Source: Thermoplasmatota archaeon
GTDB lineage: Archaea > Thermoplasmatota > E2 > DHVEG-1
Direction of reading: 5' to 3'
NCBI GenBank assembly: GCA_016932245.1
Contig: JAFGDG010000086.1
Span: 1-63,800 of the forward strand
DNA: 63,800 nt
The notes under the pieces were generated by a model. It was not told the origin of the DNA, searched no databases, and saw only the letters and a list, made by a program, of their open reading frames with translations. Position numbers and translations under genes: made by a program. Shown here piece after piece: positions 17,770 to 27,826 of the stretch. Positions within the stretch are counted from its first letter, which is position 1. Every line of letters begins with the position of its first letter.

Positions 17770-20700
17770 GTGAAACTAATGCGAAAGCGGGCACAAAGAA
17801 GAAGTAAACTCCTTGAGGAAGAACCAAAGCACATCGCTCAAAAATCCAAATTTATACCAGAAATAAAACAATCAAAAACAAGAAAAAATTGGTGGATTGC
17901 TGTTGCACTGCTGGGAATATTTCTGATGGTTTTATTTTTTAACACCTATTTTAATTTTACATCGGGACAAGCTATTAATCCAGAGGGCACAACCCTTTCG
18001 ACGAAATTTTATCTTTCGGGCCCTGATCCTTACTATAATATGCGGATGATAGAAGGAACTATGGAAACAGGGCATTATGCATTTTATTCAGAGCCCGACC
18101 CTCTGTTAAATTATCCTATTGGGAAGTCGGGAGGCCGTCCGCCGCTTTTCAATATGATGGCAATAGGATTTAGTAGATTGCTGAGCCCGTTTATGGACGA
18201 AATTGATGCTGTTGGATACTCAATGCAGTTTGTACCGGCATTATTTGGTGCATTGTTAGTCATTCCTGTCTACTTTATTGGAGCGGCGATATTTGGTAAA
18301 CGAGCAGGCATTATTGCTGCACTATTTACTGCAATAATCCCCATTCATCTTAGCTCAGGACACGGGTCTGCCTATTCTCTTTTTGACCACGATTCATTCA
18401 ATCTTCTCCTTTATTTCTTAACATTTATGTTTCTGGTGAAAGCAATCAAAGAAAAAGATACTACGAGATCATTCTTCTTTGCCGTTCTTGCAGGAATCCC
18501 TCTTGCAGGGCTTTCCATGACCTGGGTCGAAGCACGATTCCTTTATGTTGTCATTGCTCTTTATGCCATTATACAAATGGTTGTTGATATTTTTATCAGC
18601 AAGATAAATTATAGAGTGGGACTCGCAACCGCCACTGTTTTATCAACAGGATACCTTGTTTCGTTGCCAGTTACTGCAGCGAAATTAGGAGGGTTTAGGG
18701 CAGACATCCCTCTATTTCTTGCCGCTGGTATTGGCGCCTTTGCCGGGATTTATTATCTGTTTGGCAGAAAAAAAATTCCTTGGACGATATCCTTGCCTGC
18801 TGTGTTTAGTATTGGGGGTATTGGGCTTTTTTTCCTTTATTTTATCCAAGACATCGTCAAAATCATGCCCTTTTTGTCAGGACTAACTCGACTATCTTCT
18901 ATCTTATATGGTAGCGGCATTTACGGCAGCAAAGTGTCGATGACGATTGCGGAGGCAAATACCTATAATATTAGCCACACTGTTATGTCATTTGGCCCCG
19001 TTCTCTATTGGCTTGGTTTCTTTGGTTTTGTCCTCTTGGCATATTACTTTTACAAAAATAATCAAAAGCGAGAATATCTGTTTATTCTTGTCTTATTTCT
19101 TTTAAGCCTTTGGCTTACAGGAACAGCAGGGCGTTTTCTTAATGATATGGTGCCTATTGTTGCCTTGCTTGGCGGTTGGTTAACTGTAATCATTGTCGAT
19201 AAAATTGATTATAAACAGATGATTAGAAACATCAAAAGCGCTGGCGGAGGAATTCATGGCTTACGACGAGGAGTAAAGTTTCTTCATATCTTTGGTATCG
19301 TCTTTATTGCGGTTCTCGTAATCTTCCCCAATGCCTATTTGGCACTTGACTCTGCTGTGCCAAGCACAAAAAAGAACGACATATTCACCATTGAGTTTGG
19401 AGATATTGCGATTAAATTACCGAATGGTGCGTATGGTTTGCCCTATGGGAAAGAGGCATATTGGGTTGCTGCCTATGATTGGCTTAATAATCAAGATACA
19501 GCCATCGAAGACCCTGCGGCAAGGCCAGGATATATCTCGTGGTGGGACTATGGTTTTTATGAAGCAGCAATCGGCGGGCATCCGACCGTTGCTGATAACT
19601 TCCAGGACGGAATACCTCCTGCTTCAAATTTTCATACTGCGACTAGTGAGGAAGAGGCCGTTGCTGTCTGGGTAGTACGCCTTTTGGAGGGAAATGTTGA
19701 AGCAAATGGAGGGCATCTGTCCAGTGCTGTTGTCGAAGTGTTAGACCGCCATGTTGCTAACGATTCCACTAACATCAGACAATGGATTGAAGATCCTACC
19801 TCATCCCCATCATATAATACTCCTATTGCTGAAGAATATGATGAAAACCTCAGTAAACAATGGAGGGTTGGAGAGCAATGGACAACAAATGCCCCTTACC
19901 ATGATATCACTGAGGTATTAGTTGACAGATTAGATGATGAAGGAATCACTTGGTTGTATCTTGATATCCAGGAGGCAACGGGTTATAGTATCCGCTATTA
20001 CGGTGTAGAAGGGTATGACAAACAAATTTTCAATATCTTCGGCTTTTTGGCTGATAAAAGCTTGTTGCTTGTTGCTGGCGGTGACTCCAATCCTGAGGAT
20101 GATTTTGTACAAGTTCGATACGTTACCCAAAATAACAAAGAATTGACCTACGCAGACATTCAAACCATGTCGAAAGAAGAATTGCAGAGGGATCCACCGG
20201 TCAACACAAAAACGTATTATAAAGACGCCTATTTTGAAACCATGTTTTATCGCACATACGTCGGCCCTGCTGAAGGAACATCAGGGAATAAGCAGGAACC
20301 AAATTATCAACTTCCCTGCCTCAATATGCGACATTTCTATGCAGAATACCTCTCTGATTTCTCAGAATACCAATATTATACGAATAAAGGGGCGGTAGTC
20401 ATCGCAAGATATTATGCAGGGGCACGTATCAACGGATCTGTAACGTTTAATGGTGAACCGGTTGATGCACAAGTTGTTGTCCAAAAAAATCTTTCATATT
20501 TGGAGAACTTTTCAATCCCCATTGATCACGATAAAATAAATATCGATGCAGCAGGTCATTTTAATTTGATTGCCCCTGCAGGGGAAATCCGTCTACAAAT
20601 TAAAAAATTTCCGAACACTATTTACGAGGTCATCTTAGCAAATGTATCCTTCAGTAGCACTACCGATCCTCTCTATTATCCCATATCTGATGATGAAGCA

Positions 20701-21636
20701 ATGCGAAGGACAGAATCATACGAGAGATATGTTGACGTTAGCATTGATCCTTCTGCAATGGAAGGATATGTTTTTGATTCCAGCAATGCCCCGCTACCAG
20801 AAACCAGTCTTACGTTTTATGAAATTTCTCAAACAGGATCGCCCCTGCTGGCATCTTCAGCAACCACGAATGAGCAGGGGCACTACAACGTATCAGGGTT
20901 GGAGCCAGGCATCTATATCGTTACTGCAGAATACGATGGATATGTTATTCATGAAACTAGCCAAGATCCTGTGAAGCTGCTGCCTGGAAAAATGATGTAT
21001 AATATAACCAAACCTAACGAAGGTGAAGTCGAAGGGACCATCTATTATGATGCCAACGAGAATGACGAATATGATCTTGGAGAAGAAATGAGCGAAATTG
21101 AGGTTGAACTTCGCTACCAAATGGCGGACGGAACCATAATACTTGTCGATTCACTGGTTACTGGCGAGACTGGGCGATACTACTTTGATGCACTTCCAAC
21201 CGCAAACGTTCCAGTTTCATATATTCTTAATGCAACAGCAGTCAATATCACAACAAACTATCCTGACTATCAAACAGAACAAGCAGTAGAAATTGAGGAA
21301 AATAGGACAACCATTCAAAACCTCTCTCTCTCCATCGCTCCGATTGTGGTAAGTGGTAGAGTAACTGCCGGTGGTGCTAATATGGATAACGTCTCTCTTC
21401 TCTTTGACAGTAATCCTGTGATCGAAAATAATACTGCGCAAAAGAATGAAGCCACTTCAGATGAGCAAGGCCACTACACCATTCATCTTACTCCAGGATA
21501 CTACAATGTGACTGCTGAAACAGCGGTTAATATAAGTGGCGAGGAAGTCGTCTATACTTTTAGCGGAGTATTACATGTTAAAATGGGAGAAGGAATAAAG
21601 TCGTTCAATATTATTATGGCAAAAGAAGAAACGTAA
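17770..21636 (+). CDS. aglB: archaeal oligosaccharyltransferase AglB (STT3 family) with long C-terminal beta-sandwich repeat extension
   Basis: Multi-TM N-terminal half and the catalytic WWDYG motif (YISWWDYGFYEA). The C-terminal ~400 aa holds four carboxypeptidase-regulatory-like repeats. Start is GTG 17770 or ATG 17779. Confidence 0.9.
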   Translation: MKLMRKRAQRRSKLLEEEPKHIAQKSKFIPEIKQSKTRKNWWIAVALLGIFLMVLFFNTYFNFTSGQAINPEGTTLSTKFYLSGPDPYYNMRMIEGTMETGHYAFYSEPDPLLNYPIGKSGGRPPLFNMMAIGFSRLLSPFMDEIDAVGYSMQFVPALFGALLVIPVYFIGAAIFGKRAGIIAALFTAIIPIHLSSGHGSAYSLFDHDSFNLLLYFLTFMFLVKAIKEKDTTRSFFFAVLAGIPLAGLSMTWVEARFLYVVIALYAIIQMVVDIFISKINYRVGLATATVLSTGYLVSLPVTAAKLGGFRADIPLFLAAGIGAFAGIYYLFGRKKIPWTISLPAVFSIGGIGLFFLYFIQDIVKIMPFLSGLTRLSSILYGSGIYGSKVSMTIAEANTYNISHTVMSFGPVLYWLGFFGFVLLAYYFYKNNQKREYLFILVLFLLSLWLTGTAGRFLNDMVPIVALLGGWLTVIIVDKIDYKQMIRNIKSAGGGIHGLRRGVKFLHIFGIVFIAVLVIFPNAYLALDSAVPSTKKNDIFTIEFGDIAIKLPNGAYGLPYGKEAYWVAAYDWLNNQDTAIEDPAARPGYISWWDYGFYEAAIGGHPTVADNFQDGIPPASNFHTATSEEEAVAVWVVRLLEGNVEANGGHLSSAVVEVLDRHVANDSTNIRQWIEDPTSSPSYNTPIAEEYDENLSKQWRVGEQWTTNAPYHDITEVLVDRLDDEGITWLYLDIQEATGYSIRYYGVEGYDKQIFNIFGFLADKSLLLVAGGDSNPEDDFVQVRYVTQNNKELTYADIQTMSKEELQRDPPVNTKTYYKDAYFETMFYRTYVGPAEGTSGNKQEPNYQLPCLNMRHFYAEYLSDFSEYQYYTNKGAVVIARYYAGARINGSVTFNGEPVDAQVVVQKNLSYLENFSIPIDHDKINIDAAGHFNLIAPAGEIRLQIKKFPNTIYEVILANVSFSSTTDPLYYPISDDEAMRRTESYERYVDVSIDPSAMEGYVFDSSNAPLPETSLTFYEISQTGSPLLASSATTNEQGHYNVSGLEPGIYIVTAEYDGYVIHETSQDPVKLLPGKMMYNITKPNEGEVEGTIYYDANENDEYDLGEEMSEIEVELRYQMADGTIILVDSLVTGETGRYYFDALPTANVPVSYILNATAVNITTNYPDYQTEQAVEIEENRTTIQNLSLSIAPIVVSGRVTAGGANMDNVSLLFDSNPVIENNTAQKNEATSDEQGHYTIHLTPGYYNVTAETAVNISGEEVVYTFSGVLHVKMGEGIKSFNIIMAKEET

Positions 21637-21687
21637 TTCCTTCTTTTAACCAAATTTTATTTAATCAACTTGTAAATACTTTATACT

Positions 21688-22296
21688 ATGCTTACGCTGG
21701 AGGAAGGAAAAAAGGCAGTAACCTATGCAAGAGCGGTTATTGAACAATCTGTCTGTTCTTCCACCAGTCCACTGTCTGAACTACCTACAAGCTTTTCAGA
21801 AGAACATGGTGCCTTTGTTACCATTCATACATATCCTGCTCGCAATTTGAGGGGATGTATCGGTATACCGCTTCCTGTTATGTCGTTACAAGATGCAATA
21901 ACTGAGGGGGCAAAGTCGGCGACAAGAGACCCTCGGTTTCCTCCTCTGCAGGAAAGCGAGATCGATACTATTGTTATTGAAGTCACCATTTTAACATCGC
22001 CTGAAGAAATAACGGCCCATGTCCCCCAAGACTATCTCAACGAAATTGAAATTGGACGTGATGGATTGATTGTTGAGCAAGGATTTTTTAAAGGTCTACT
22101 TTTGCCCCAGGTTCCTATTGAACAGGGCTGGGATAAAGAAGAATTTCTTTCACATACCTGTATGAAAGCAGGTCTGCCACCAGACGCATGGTTTGAAAAA
22201 ACGACAAAAATATTAAAATTCAATGGGCAAGTGTTTACTGAATTACAACCACGGGGAGAAATAAAGGAGAAGAAGCTCGATGGATATGATTCTTGA
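21688..22296 (+). CDS. AMMECR1 domain protein
   Basis: GAFVTIH...LRGCIGIPLP and DPRFPPL are AMMECR1 hallmarks. Confidence 0.85.
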   Translation: MLTLEEGKKAVTYARAVIEQSVCSSTSPLSELPTSFSEEHGAFVTIHTYPARNLRGCIGIPLPVMSLQDAITEGAKSATRDPRFPPLQESEIDTIVIEVTILTSPEEITAHVPQDYLNEIEIGRDGLIVEQGFFKGLLLPQVPIEQGWDKEEFLSHTCMKAGLPPDAWFEKTTKILKFNGQVFTELQPRGEIKEKKLDGYDS

Positions 22297-23563
22297 AGGA
22301 AAAGCATTTGTCAATGGTTCATTTGAGCACTGCTGTATTGGCATTTCCAATGGAAAAATTTTATCCATAAAAAAAATATTGAAAGGAGACCAACATCTTA
22401 TTTTTAAAAATAAGTTACTTCTCCCTGCAGCAATTGATATTCATGTTCATTTTCGTGATCCAGGCATGACTGCAAAAGAAGATTTTGCTACAGGCTCTCT
22501 CGCAGCAGCTTATGGGGGTACTTCATGTGTATGTGACATGCCCAATACATTACCGGCAACAACGACAATTCAAGATATTATCAAGAAAAAAACATTAGCA
22601 AACCGCAAATCATTTGTTGATTTTGGGGTGTACGCAGGTATTACCGATGCAAACAGTAATTCTCTATCATCCCTAGCTCAACACTGCAATGGATTTAAGA
22701 TATACTTGGGAAGCTCAACGAATGCCTTGTTGTTGCCGCCCAATAAGTTGATGGATGTATTTTATCAAGCTAGCAAAGTAAAGAAACCGCTTTTCATTCA
22801 TGCTGAAGACGAATCTTGCCTTCTCAATCATAAAAAAGTAGAACACACGTTGGCCGATCATCTTCAGGGTCGTCCTGCTGTGTGTGAAGAGCAGGCAATA
22901 CAAAAGATACTGACGGCATCATCCTCTTTTTTAACCCCGATTCATATTTGCCATCTTTCTTCTTGTGAAGGATTGGAACTGCTTAAAAAACGACCAACGC
23001 ATATCACTTGTGGTGTCACTCCCCATCACACTCTTTTGAATGCAGAACAGCATTTTCCCTCTCAATCTTGTTATAAAGTGAATCCTCCGTTGAGAACGCG
23101 GTTGGATAAAGAATCACTTTTTGATGCCCTCGCTCACGACACGATAGACATTTTAGAATCCGATCATGCTCCTCATACACTTGAGGAAAAACAGCAAGAA
23201 TTTGATGCAGCGCCTTCGGGGGTTCCTGGGGTAGAAACAATGGTTCCACTATTTTTGTATCTTACAAAAAAGCAGCAACTATCGTTTCAACAGATGACAT
23301 CTCTTTTATGTGCCCGCCCTGGAGAGATACTTGCTGTCCCAAAGGGAAAACTACAACCAGGATATGATGCTGATATCATGGTAGTCGATTTGAAAAAAGA
23401 AACAAAAATTACTGCGGATATGTTGCATTCCAAGTGTGGATGGACACCTTTTGAAAAATTCCCTGCAATTTTTCCCTTGCATCTTTTTATTCGAGGAGAA
23501 AAGCTTATAGAAGATCGAGAAATCCAGGTAAGTCGAGGATTTGGACAGTATATTGGAGAGTAA
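22280..23563 (+). CDS. pyrC: dihydroorotase (cyclic amidohydrolase family)
   Basis: AAIDIHVHFRDPG metal-binding motif, later HAED and ESDHAPH motifs. It overlaps the upstream gene by 17 nt. Confidence 0.8.
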   Translation: MDMILEGKAFVNGSFEHCCIGISNGKILSIKKILKGDQHLIFKNKLLLPAAIDIHVHFRDPGMTAKEDFATGSLAAAYGGTSCVCDMPNTLPATTTIQDIIKKKTLANRKSFVDFGVYAGITDANSNSLSSLAQHCNGFKIYLGSSTNALLLPPNKLMDVFYQASKVKKPLFIHAEDESCLLNHKKVEHTLADHLQGRPAVCEEQAIQKILTASSSFLTPIHICHLSSCEGLELLKKRPTHITCGVTPHHTLLNAEQHFPSQSCYKVNPPLRTRLDKESLFDALAHDTIDILESDHAPHTLEEKQQEFDAAPSGVPGVETMVPLFLYLTKKQQLSFQQMTSLLCARPGEILAVPKGKLQPGYDADIMVVDLKKETKITADMLHSKCGWTPFEKFPAIFPLHLFIRGEKLIEDREIQVSRGFGQYIGE

Positions 23564-23566
23564 GTC

Positions 23567-24052
23567 ATGCTTGAAATGATTCCCTTGTGGTTACGCATTT
23601 TCGTCTTTTCTATGATTCCTTGGCTCGAATCACGATATGTTGTCCCCTTTGCCATGCTAAATTCTAATCTTGCTTGGTGGCAAGTTTTTCCTATAGCAGT
23701 GATTGGCAACATGCTTCCTGTGCCATTTATCCTCTTATTTTTTCGATTCATTGAGAAATTCTTGCGGCGATACCACTTTTGGGCAAGCATCATGGATTGG
23801 TTATTCGCTCGTACGAGAGCCCGAGCAGACACAAAAATTCGGCACTATGAACATCTCGCTCTTTTGCTCTTTGTGGCTGTACCCTTGCCTTTTACAGGCG
23901 CATGGACAGGGTCATTAATCGCCTATTTGTTTGATTTAAAGTTTTCTAAGTCTGTAATTACTATCTTTGTTGGTGTGCTTATCGCAGCATCAATTATGAC
24001 CGTTTTAGTGCTAACCGGGCAACATCTCTGGTTAATTTTTAGTAGATACTAG
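23567..24052 (+). CDS. small multidrug-export-like membrane protein (COG2426 family)
   Basis: 161 aa, 4 TM segments. N-terminal MIPWLESRYVVPFA resembles the Sm_multidrug_ex family signature. Confidence 0.6.
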   Translation: MLEMIPLWLRIFVFSMIPWLESRYVVPFAMLNSNLAWWQVFPIAVIGNMLPVPFILLFFRFIEKFLRRYHFWASIMDWLFARTRARADTKIRHYEHLALLLFVAVPLPFTGAWTGSLIAYLFDLKFSKSVITIFVGVLIAASIMTVLVLTGQHLWLIFSRY

Positions 24053-24066
24053 TTGGGAGTATCGGC

Positions 24067-24846
24067 ATGGATGAAGAGATTAAACACTTGGCCATAACGG
24101 TCGTGAATAAAGTTTTTCGTGGTATAAGAAAGGCGGGAAAGGACAACTTTGCTAAATGGAATACAAATGTTGGTATTGGTGCTGACGGAACACCGACAAA
24201 ATATATTGACAAACTTGCAGAAGACATTGCACTTACGTATCTTAGCAAGCCAAGCACACCAGTCAACATCCTCTCTGAAGAAGTAGGCTTTATCGATAAC
24301 GACGCAGATTACACATTTGTACTGGATCCTGTTGACGGCACTCGCAACGCTTGTCGTGGCATCCCCTTCTATACAGTTTCTCTTGCCATTGGTAAAAAAT
24401 CGCTTGATGATATTGAATATGGCATAGTTAAAAACATTCCAACGGGGGATCTGTTTCTTGCAGAAAAAGGCCGAGGCACCTACTATAATAACAATCGCAT
24501 TGCCATTCCAGAAGTTCCTGCAAGCGAGCTGCTTTCTTCCCTATCGTTGGGGAAAAATTTCGATGAAATCACGCTATCTCTTGCGCAGAGAGAGAAAGTA
24601 CGGTCTCTTGGTTCGGCTTCCCTTGAGATGTGCATGGTTGCAAGCGGTGCCTTGGATGTCTATGTGGTAGGAAACGCATATCTTCGGGTGACTGACATTG
24701 CTGCGTCAACGCTTATTGTCCGAGAGGCAGGAGGCATTGTTGCGGATAGTAATGGAAAACGATTAAACATGCCCTTAACTCTCGATGAGAGGACAGGAGT
24801 TATTGCTGCAGGTAACCGTGAACTCATCAAGTGGGCACGTTCATAA
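24067..24846 (+). CDS. suhB: inositol monophosphatase / fructose-1,6-bisphosphatase family protein
   Basis: SEE...VLDPVDGTRNA metal-binding motifs and C-terminal GSASLEMCMVASG resemble the archaeal IMPase/FBPase family. Confidence 0.75.
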   Translation: MDEEIKHLAITVVNKVFRGIRKAGKDNFAKWNTNVGIGADGTPTKYIDKLAEDIALTYLSKPSTPVNILSEEVGFIDNDADYTFVLDPVDGTRNACRGIPFYTVSLAIGKKSLDDIEYGIVKNIPTGDLFLAEKGRGTYYNNNRIAIPEVPASELLSSLSLGKNFDEITLSLAQREKVRSLGSASLEMCMVASGALDVYVVGNAYLRVTDIAASTLIVREAGGIVADSNGKRLNMPLTLDERTGVIAAGNRELIKWARS

Positions 24847-24887
24847 CGTAAACATTTTATATAGTTGAGTTTCATTGCGGTGCTCAG

Positions 24888-25625
24888 ATGACCATTGTTC
24901 AGGATCTCTTGAAAAAGGTGAAAAATAAACCCTTACATCTTTCACTTCTTGATCCCGATAAGCAACCACCTGATGTAGCAGGTATTGTTGCAAAGGAAGT
25001 AACTGATGCGGGCAGTAGTGCCATTATGGTTGGCGGGTCCACCATCGCGTCGCAGACACAAGTTGATGATACCGTTAAAGCAATTAAATCACATACCTCT
25101 CTTCCTGTGATTTTATTTCCTTCTGGTGCACAATTTTTAAGCAAATATGCTGACGCGGTTTTTTTTATGAGCCTGTTAAATTCTCGAAATCTTGGATATA
25201 TTATTCGCGAACACGTCAAAGGTGCACCGTTTGTAAGAAAGGTAGGCATTGAACCCATTTCGATGGGCTATGTGATTGTTGAGCCAGGTATGACTGCTGG
25301 AAAAGTAGGTGAGTGCGATCTGGTTAAAAGGAATGATATTGACACTGCAGTAGGGTATGCGTTGGCAGCACAATATCTTGGGATGAGCTTTTTCTATCTT
25401 GAGGCAGGATCTGGTGCTCCTGATCCTGTGCCAAACGCCATGATTTCTGCCGTGAAAAAAAACATTGATATCCCTCTCGTTGTCGGCGGCGGCATTAGAA
25501 ATAAGCATACTGCACAAGAAAAAGTACAAGCTGGGGCCGATATTATCATTACGGGGACGGCTCTTGAAAAGGAAAGACGTGTTGGTGAGGCCCTGCGGGA
25601 AATAATACATGTTATTGAGGCATAG
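24888..25625 (+). CDS. geranylgeranylglyceryl phosphate synthase (PcrB/GGGPS family)
   Basis: IMVGGST, FYLEAGSGAPDPV and VVGGGIR are the GGGPS TIM-barrel signatures. Confidence 0.85.
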   Translation: MTIVQDLLKKVKNKPLHLSLLDPDKQPPDVAGIVAKEVTDAGSSAIMVGGSTIASQTQVDDTVKAIKSHTSLPVILFPSGAQFLSKYADAVFFMSLLNSRNLGYIIREHVKGAPFVRKVGIEPISMGYVIVEPGMTAGKVGECDLVKRNDIDTAVGYALAAQYLGMSFFYLEAGSGAPDPVPNAMISAVKKNIDIPLVVGGGIRNKHTAQEKVQAGADIIITGTALEKERRVGEALREIIHVIEA

Positions 25626-25631
25626 TATTTT

Positions 25632-26186
25632 ATGAGAATATTGCTAAGCATCGGGGGAGCATCAGGCGGTATTTATGGTATTAGGCTACTCGAGGAATTT
25701 AAAAAAACAGGTGCAGAAACTTATCTGATACTTTCTGATGGTGCAAAAAAAATAATTGAACATGAAACAAATTATAACGTTAAAGATTTAGAGAGACTAG
25801 CTGATTTTTACTATGAGAACAATGATATATTTGCAGGACCTGCCAGCGGCTCTTTTAAACTTGATGCAATGGTTATCTGTCCATGTAGTATGAAGACACT
25901 TTCGGCAGTAGCAAATGGTTATGGCGATACGCTTACTAGTAGAGCTGCATTTTGTATTCTTAAAGAAGAAAGAAAACTTATTCTCGTTCCTCGTGAAACG
26001 CCAATACCGTTACCGTCGATTCAAAATATGGAAAAAGCAAGATTATCAGGTGCAACAATCCTACCTGCAATGCCTGGTTTTTATCATAAACCTAAAAAGA
26101 TTGAGGATTTGGTTGATTTCGTAGTCGGTAAAATCCTTGACCAAATAGGTATTAATCATTCTCTTTTTAAACGTTGGAAATACTAA
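25632..26186 (+). CDS. ubiX: flavin prenyltransferase UbiX
   Basis: GGASGGIYGIRLLE and MVICPCSMKTLSAVANG are typical of UbiX/Pad1. It starts 7 nt after the GGGPS stop. Confidence 0.9.
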   Translation: MRILLSIGGASGGIYGIRLLEEFKKTGAETYLILSDGAKKIIEHETNYNVKDLERLADFYYENNDIFAGPASGSFKLDAMVICPCSMKTLSAVANGYGDTLTSRAAFCILKEERKLILVPRETPIPLPSIQNMEKARLSGATILPAMPGFYHKPKKIEDLVDFVVGKILDQIGINHSLFKRWKY

Positions 26187-26641
26187 TGTTTACGGTTTAT
26201 TTTCTCTTTTTCTACCCTATCTAATCTTAGTGTTACGTATGCTATTATTATTGCAATTATTGGGAGCAAGTAGTTGCCTAGACCTATCATTAGCCCGACC
26301 GCGGCTATTACCCAAAGGCTTGCTGCGGTTGTTAGGCCTTTTACATCTCCTCTTAATGCAATTATACTTCCTGCACCTATGAAACTAATACCTGCGACAA
26401 CACCTGCAGCTATTCTTGTTACGTCTGCAGAACCTGCTATATCTTCAGGTATCAAGTAGAAGGATGTAATTGTAAACAAACATGCTCCCATGCATACAAA
26501 AATATGTGTTCTTAGCCCTGCAGGTTTATGGCTGATCTCTCGTTCATATCCAATAATTGCTCCAAGTATTACCGCTATAAATATTCTTAAGACAAACTCT
26601 GCTTGATTTATAAAATAACTTACGTCTATCCCATCCAACAT
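26183..26641 (-). CDS. MgtC/SapB family membrane protein
   Basis: IIGYEREISHKPAGLRTHIFVCMGACLF is the MgtC family N-terminal signature. Confidence 0.8.
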   Translation of the reverse strand: MLDGIDVSYFINQAEFVLRIFIAVILGAIIGYEREISHKPAGLRTHIFVCMGACLFTITSFYLIPEDIAGSADVTRIAAGVVAGISFIGAGSIIALRGDVKGLTTAASLWVIAAVGLMIGLGNYLLPIIAIIIAYVTLRLDRVEKEKINRKH

Positions 26642-26678
26642 AGGACAAGTATTCCTTTAATGTATTAAAAACCAATGC

Positions 26679-27173
26679 TTAATGTTTTTCCTTTCTTGTC
26701 GTTTTAATCACTTTGGCAGGAACTCCGCCCGCAACAGCGTAATCGGGTACGTCTTTATTGACAAAGCTTTTTGCCGAAACTACGGCGTGTTTTCCTATGG
26801 TAACGCCACATCGTATCAGACAGTCAGCTCCAATTAACGCTCGTTTTTTAACAAGTACTTTTCCCTTACGAAGTTTTTCTTGAGAATACTCATGGGCCAA
26901 GATAGTTGATCCCACACCGATGATAACATTGTCTTCGATCGTGATTAATTCTGGGAAGAAAGGGTCGATAATGGTATATGCGGCAATCACCACATTTTTG
27001 CCAACTTTTACACCAATCATTCGGTATAATGCATTTTTCATCCTAATGGAGGGAACGAGTCTACAGATGTGACACACTGTAGAATTAAAAAAGAGTTGTA
27101 ATCGACCAACATGCTTTGGATAATCAAACACAGGATTTTTTGTGCCAGTGTATGTAATATCTTCATAGTTCAT
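26679..27173 (-). CDS. hexapeptide-repeat (LbH) acetyltransferase
   Basis: Repeated [LIV]-G-x4 hexapeptides (IGVGSTILA, IGADCLIRCGVTIGKHAVV) and the VAGGVPAKVIK ending are typical of sugar O-acetyltransferases. Confidence 0.7.
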   Translation of the reverse strand: MNYEDITYTGTKNPVFDYPKHVGRLQLFFNSTVCHICRLVPSIRMKNALYRMIGVKVGKNVVIAAYTIIDPFFPELITIEDNVIIGVGSTILAHEYSQEKLRKGKVLVKKRALIGADCLIRCGVTIGKHAVVSAKSFVNKDVPDYAVAGGVPAKVIKTTRKEKH

Positions 27174-27252
27174 GATGTGACTTGCTAAACATTTGTTACA
27201 TTATTTACTTTTTTAAACAAAGAACCACACTCACAAGAAAGAGAATATGGTT

Positions 27253-27825
27253 TTATTCTTGGCACATTTTTATAAAGTTTTTGAATATCTGTCTCCCATA
27301 TTGCGTATGTTCAACTTCTGGATGGAACTGCAAGCCATAGAATGGTTTATCGTTATGTTTCATTGCCTGTACCTTACAACTTTCACTTTCAGCAAGTCGT
27401 TCAAATGTTTGTGGAAGCAGTGACACTTCATCATTATGGGACACCCAGATAGTAGATTTTTTAGGAACACCTTCAAATAGCTCATCATCTGTCAGTAATT
27501 CCAGCTCAATTTTTCCAAATTCAGGTATCTTTGATGGCGCAACCACGCCGCCAAAAAAACGAGCCATAAACTGGTGACCGGCACAAATGCCAAGTATCGG
27601 GAACTCTGCTCTTTCTAGATATTCCCAACAATTGCCAAGGTCTCCATCCAATCCAATTCGTGGGGCACCGCCCGAAAGGACAACCCCATCGACTTGCTCA
27701 ATCTCTAATTCATCAAATTCGGTCTTGTTTGGGACAATCTTTGTTTCTACCTCTAAGTCTCGGAGGGTACGCCATTCACGGTGCGTCCATTGACCGCCAT
27801 TATCGACGACATAAATTTTTGCCAT
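27253..27825 (-). CDS. guaAA: GMP synthase subunit A (glutamine amidotransferase)
   Basis: ILGICAGHQ nucleophile elbow and LQFHPEV triad motif. Start moved to MAKIYVV (ATG 27825), 1 nt after the guaAB stop. Confidence 0.9.
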   Translation of the reverse strand: MAKIYVVDNGGQWTHREWRTLRDLEVETKIVPNKTEFDELEIEQVDGVVLSGGAPRIGLDGDLGNCWEYLERAEFPILGICAGHQFMARFFGGVVAPSKIPEFGKIELELLTDDELFEGVPKKSTIWVSHNDEVSLLPQTFERLAESESCKVQAMKHNDKPFYGLQFHPEVEHTQYGRQIFKNFIKMCQE

Positions 27826-27826
27826 G

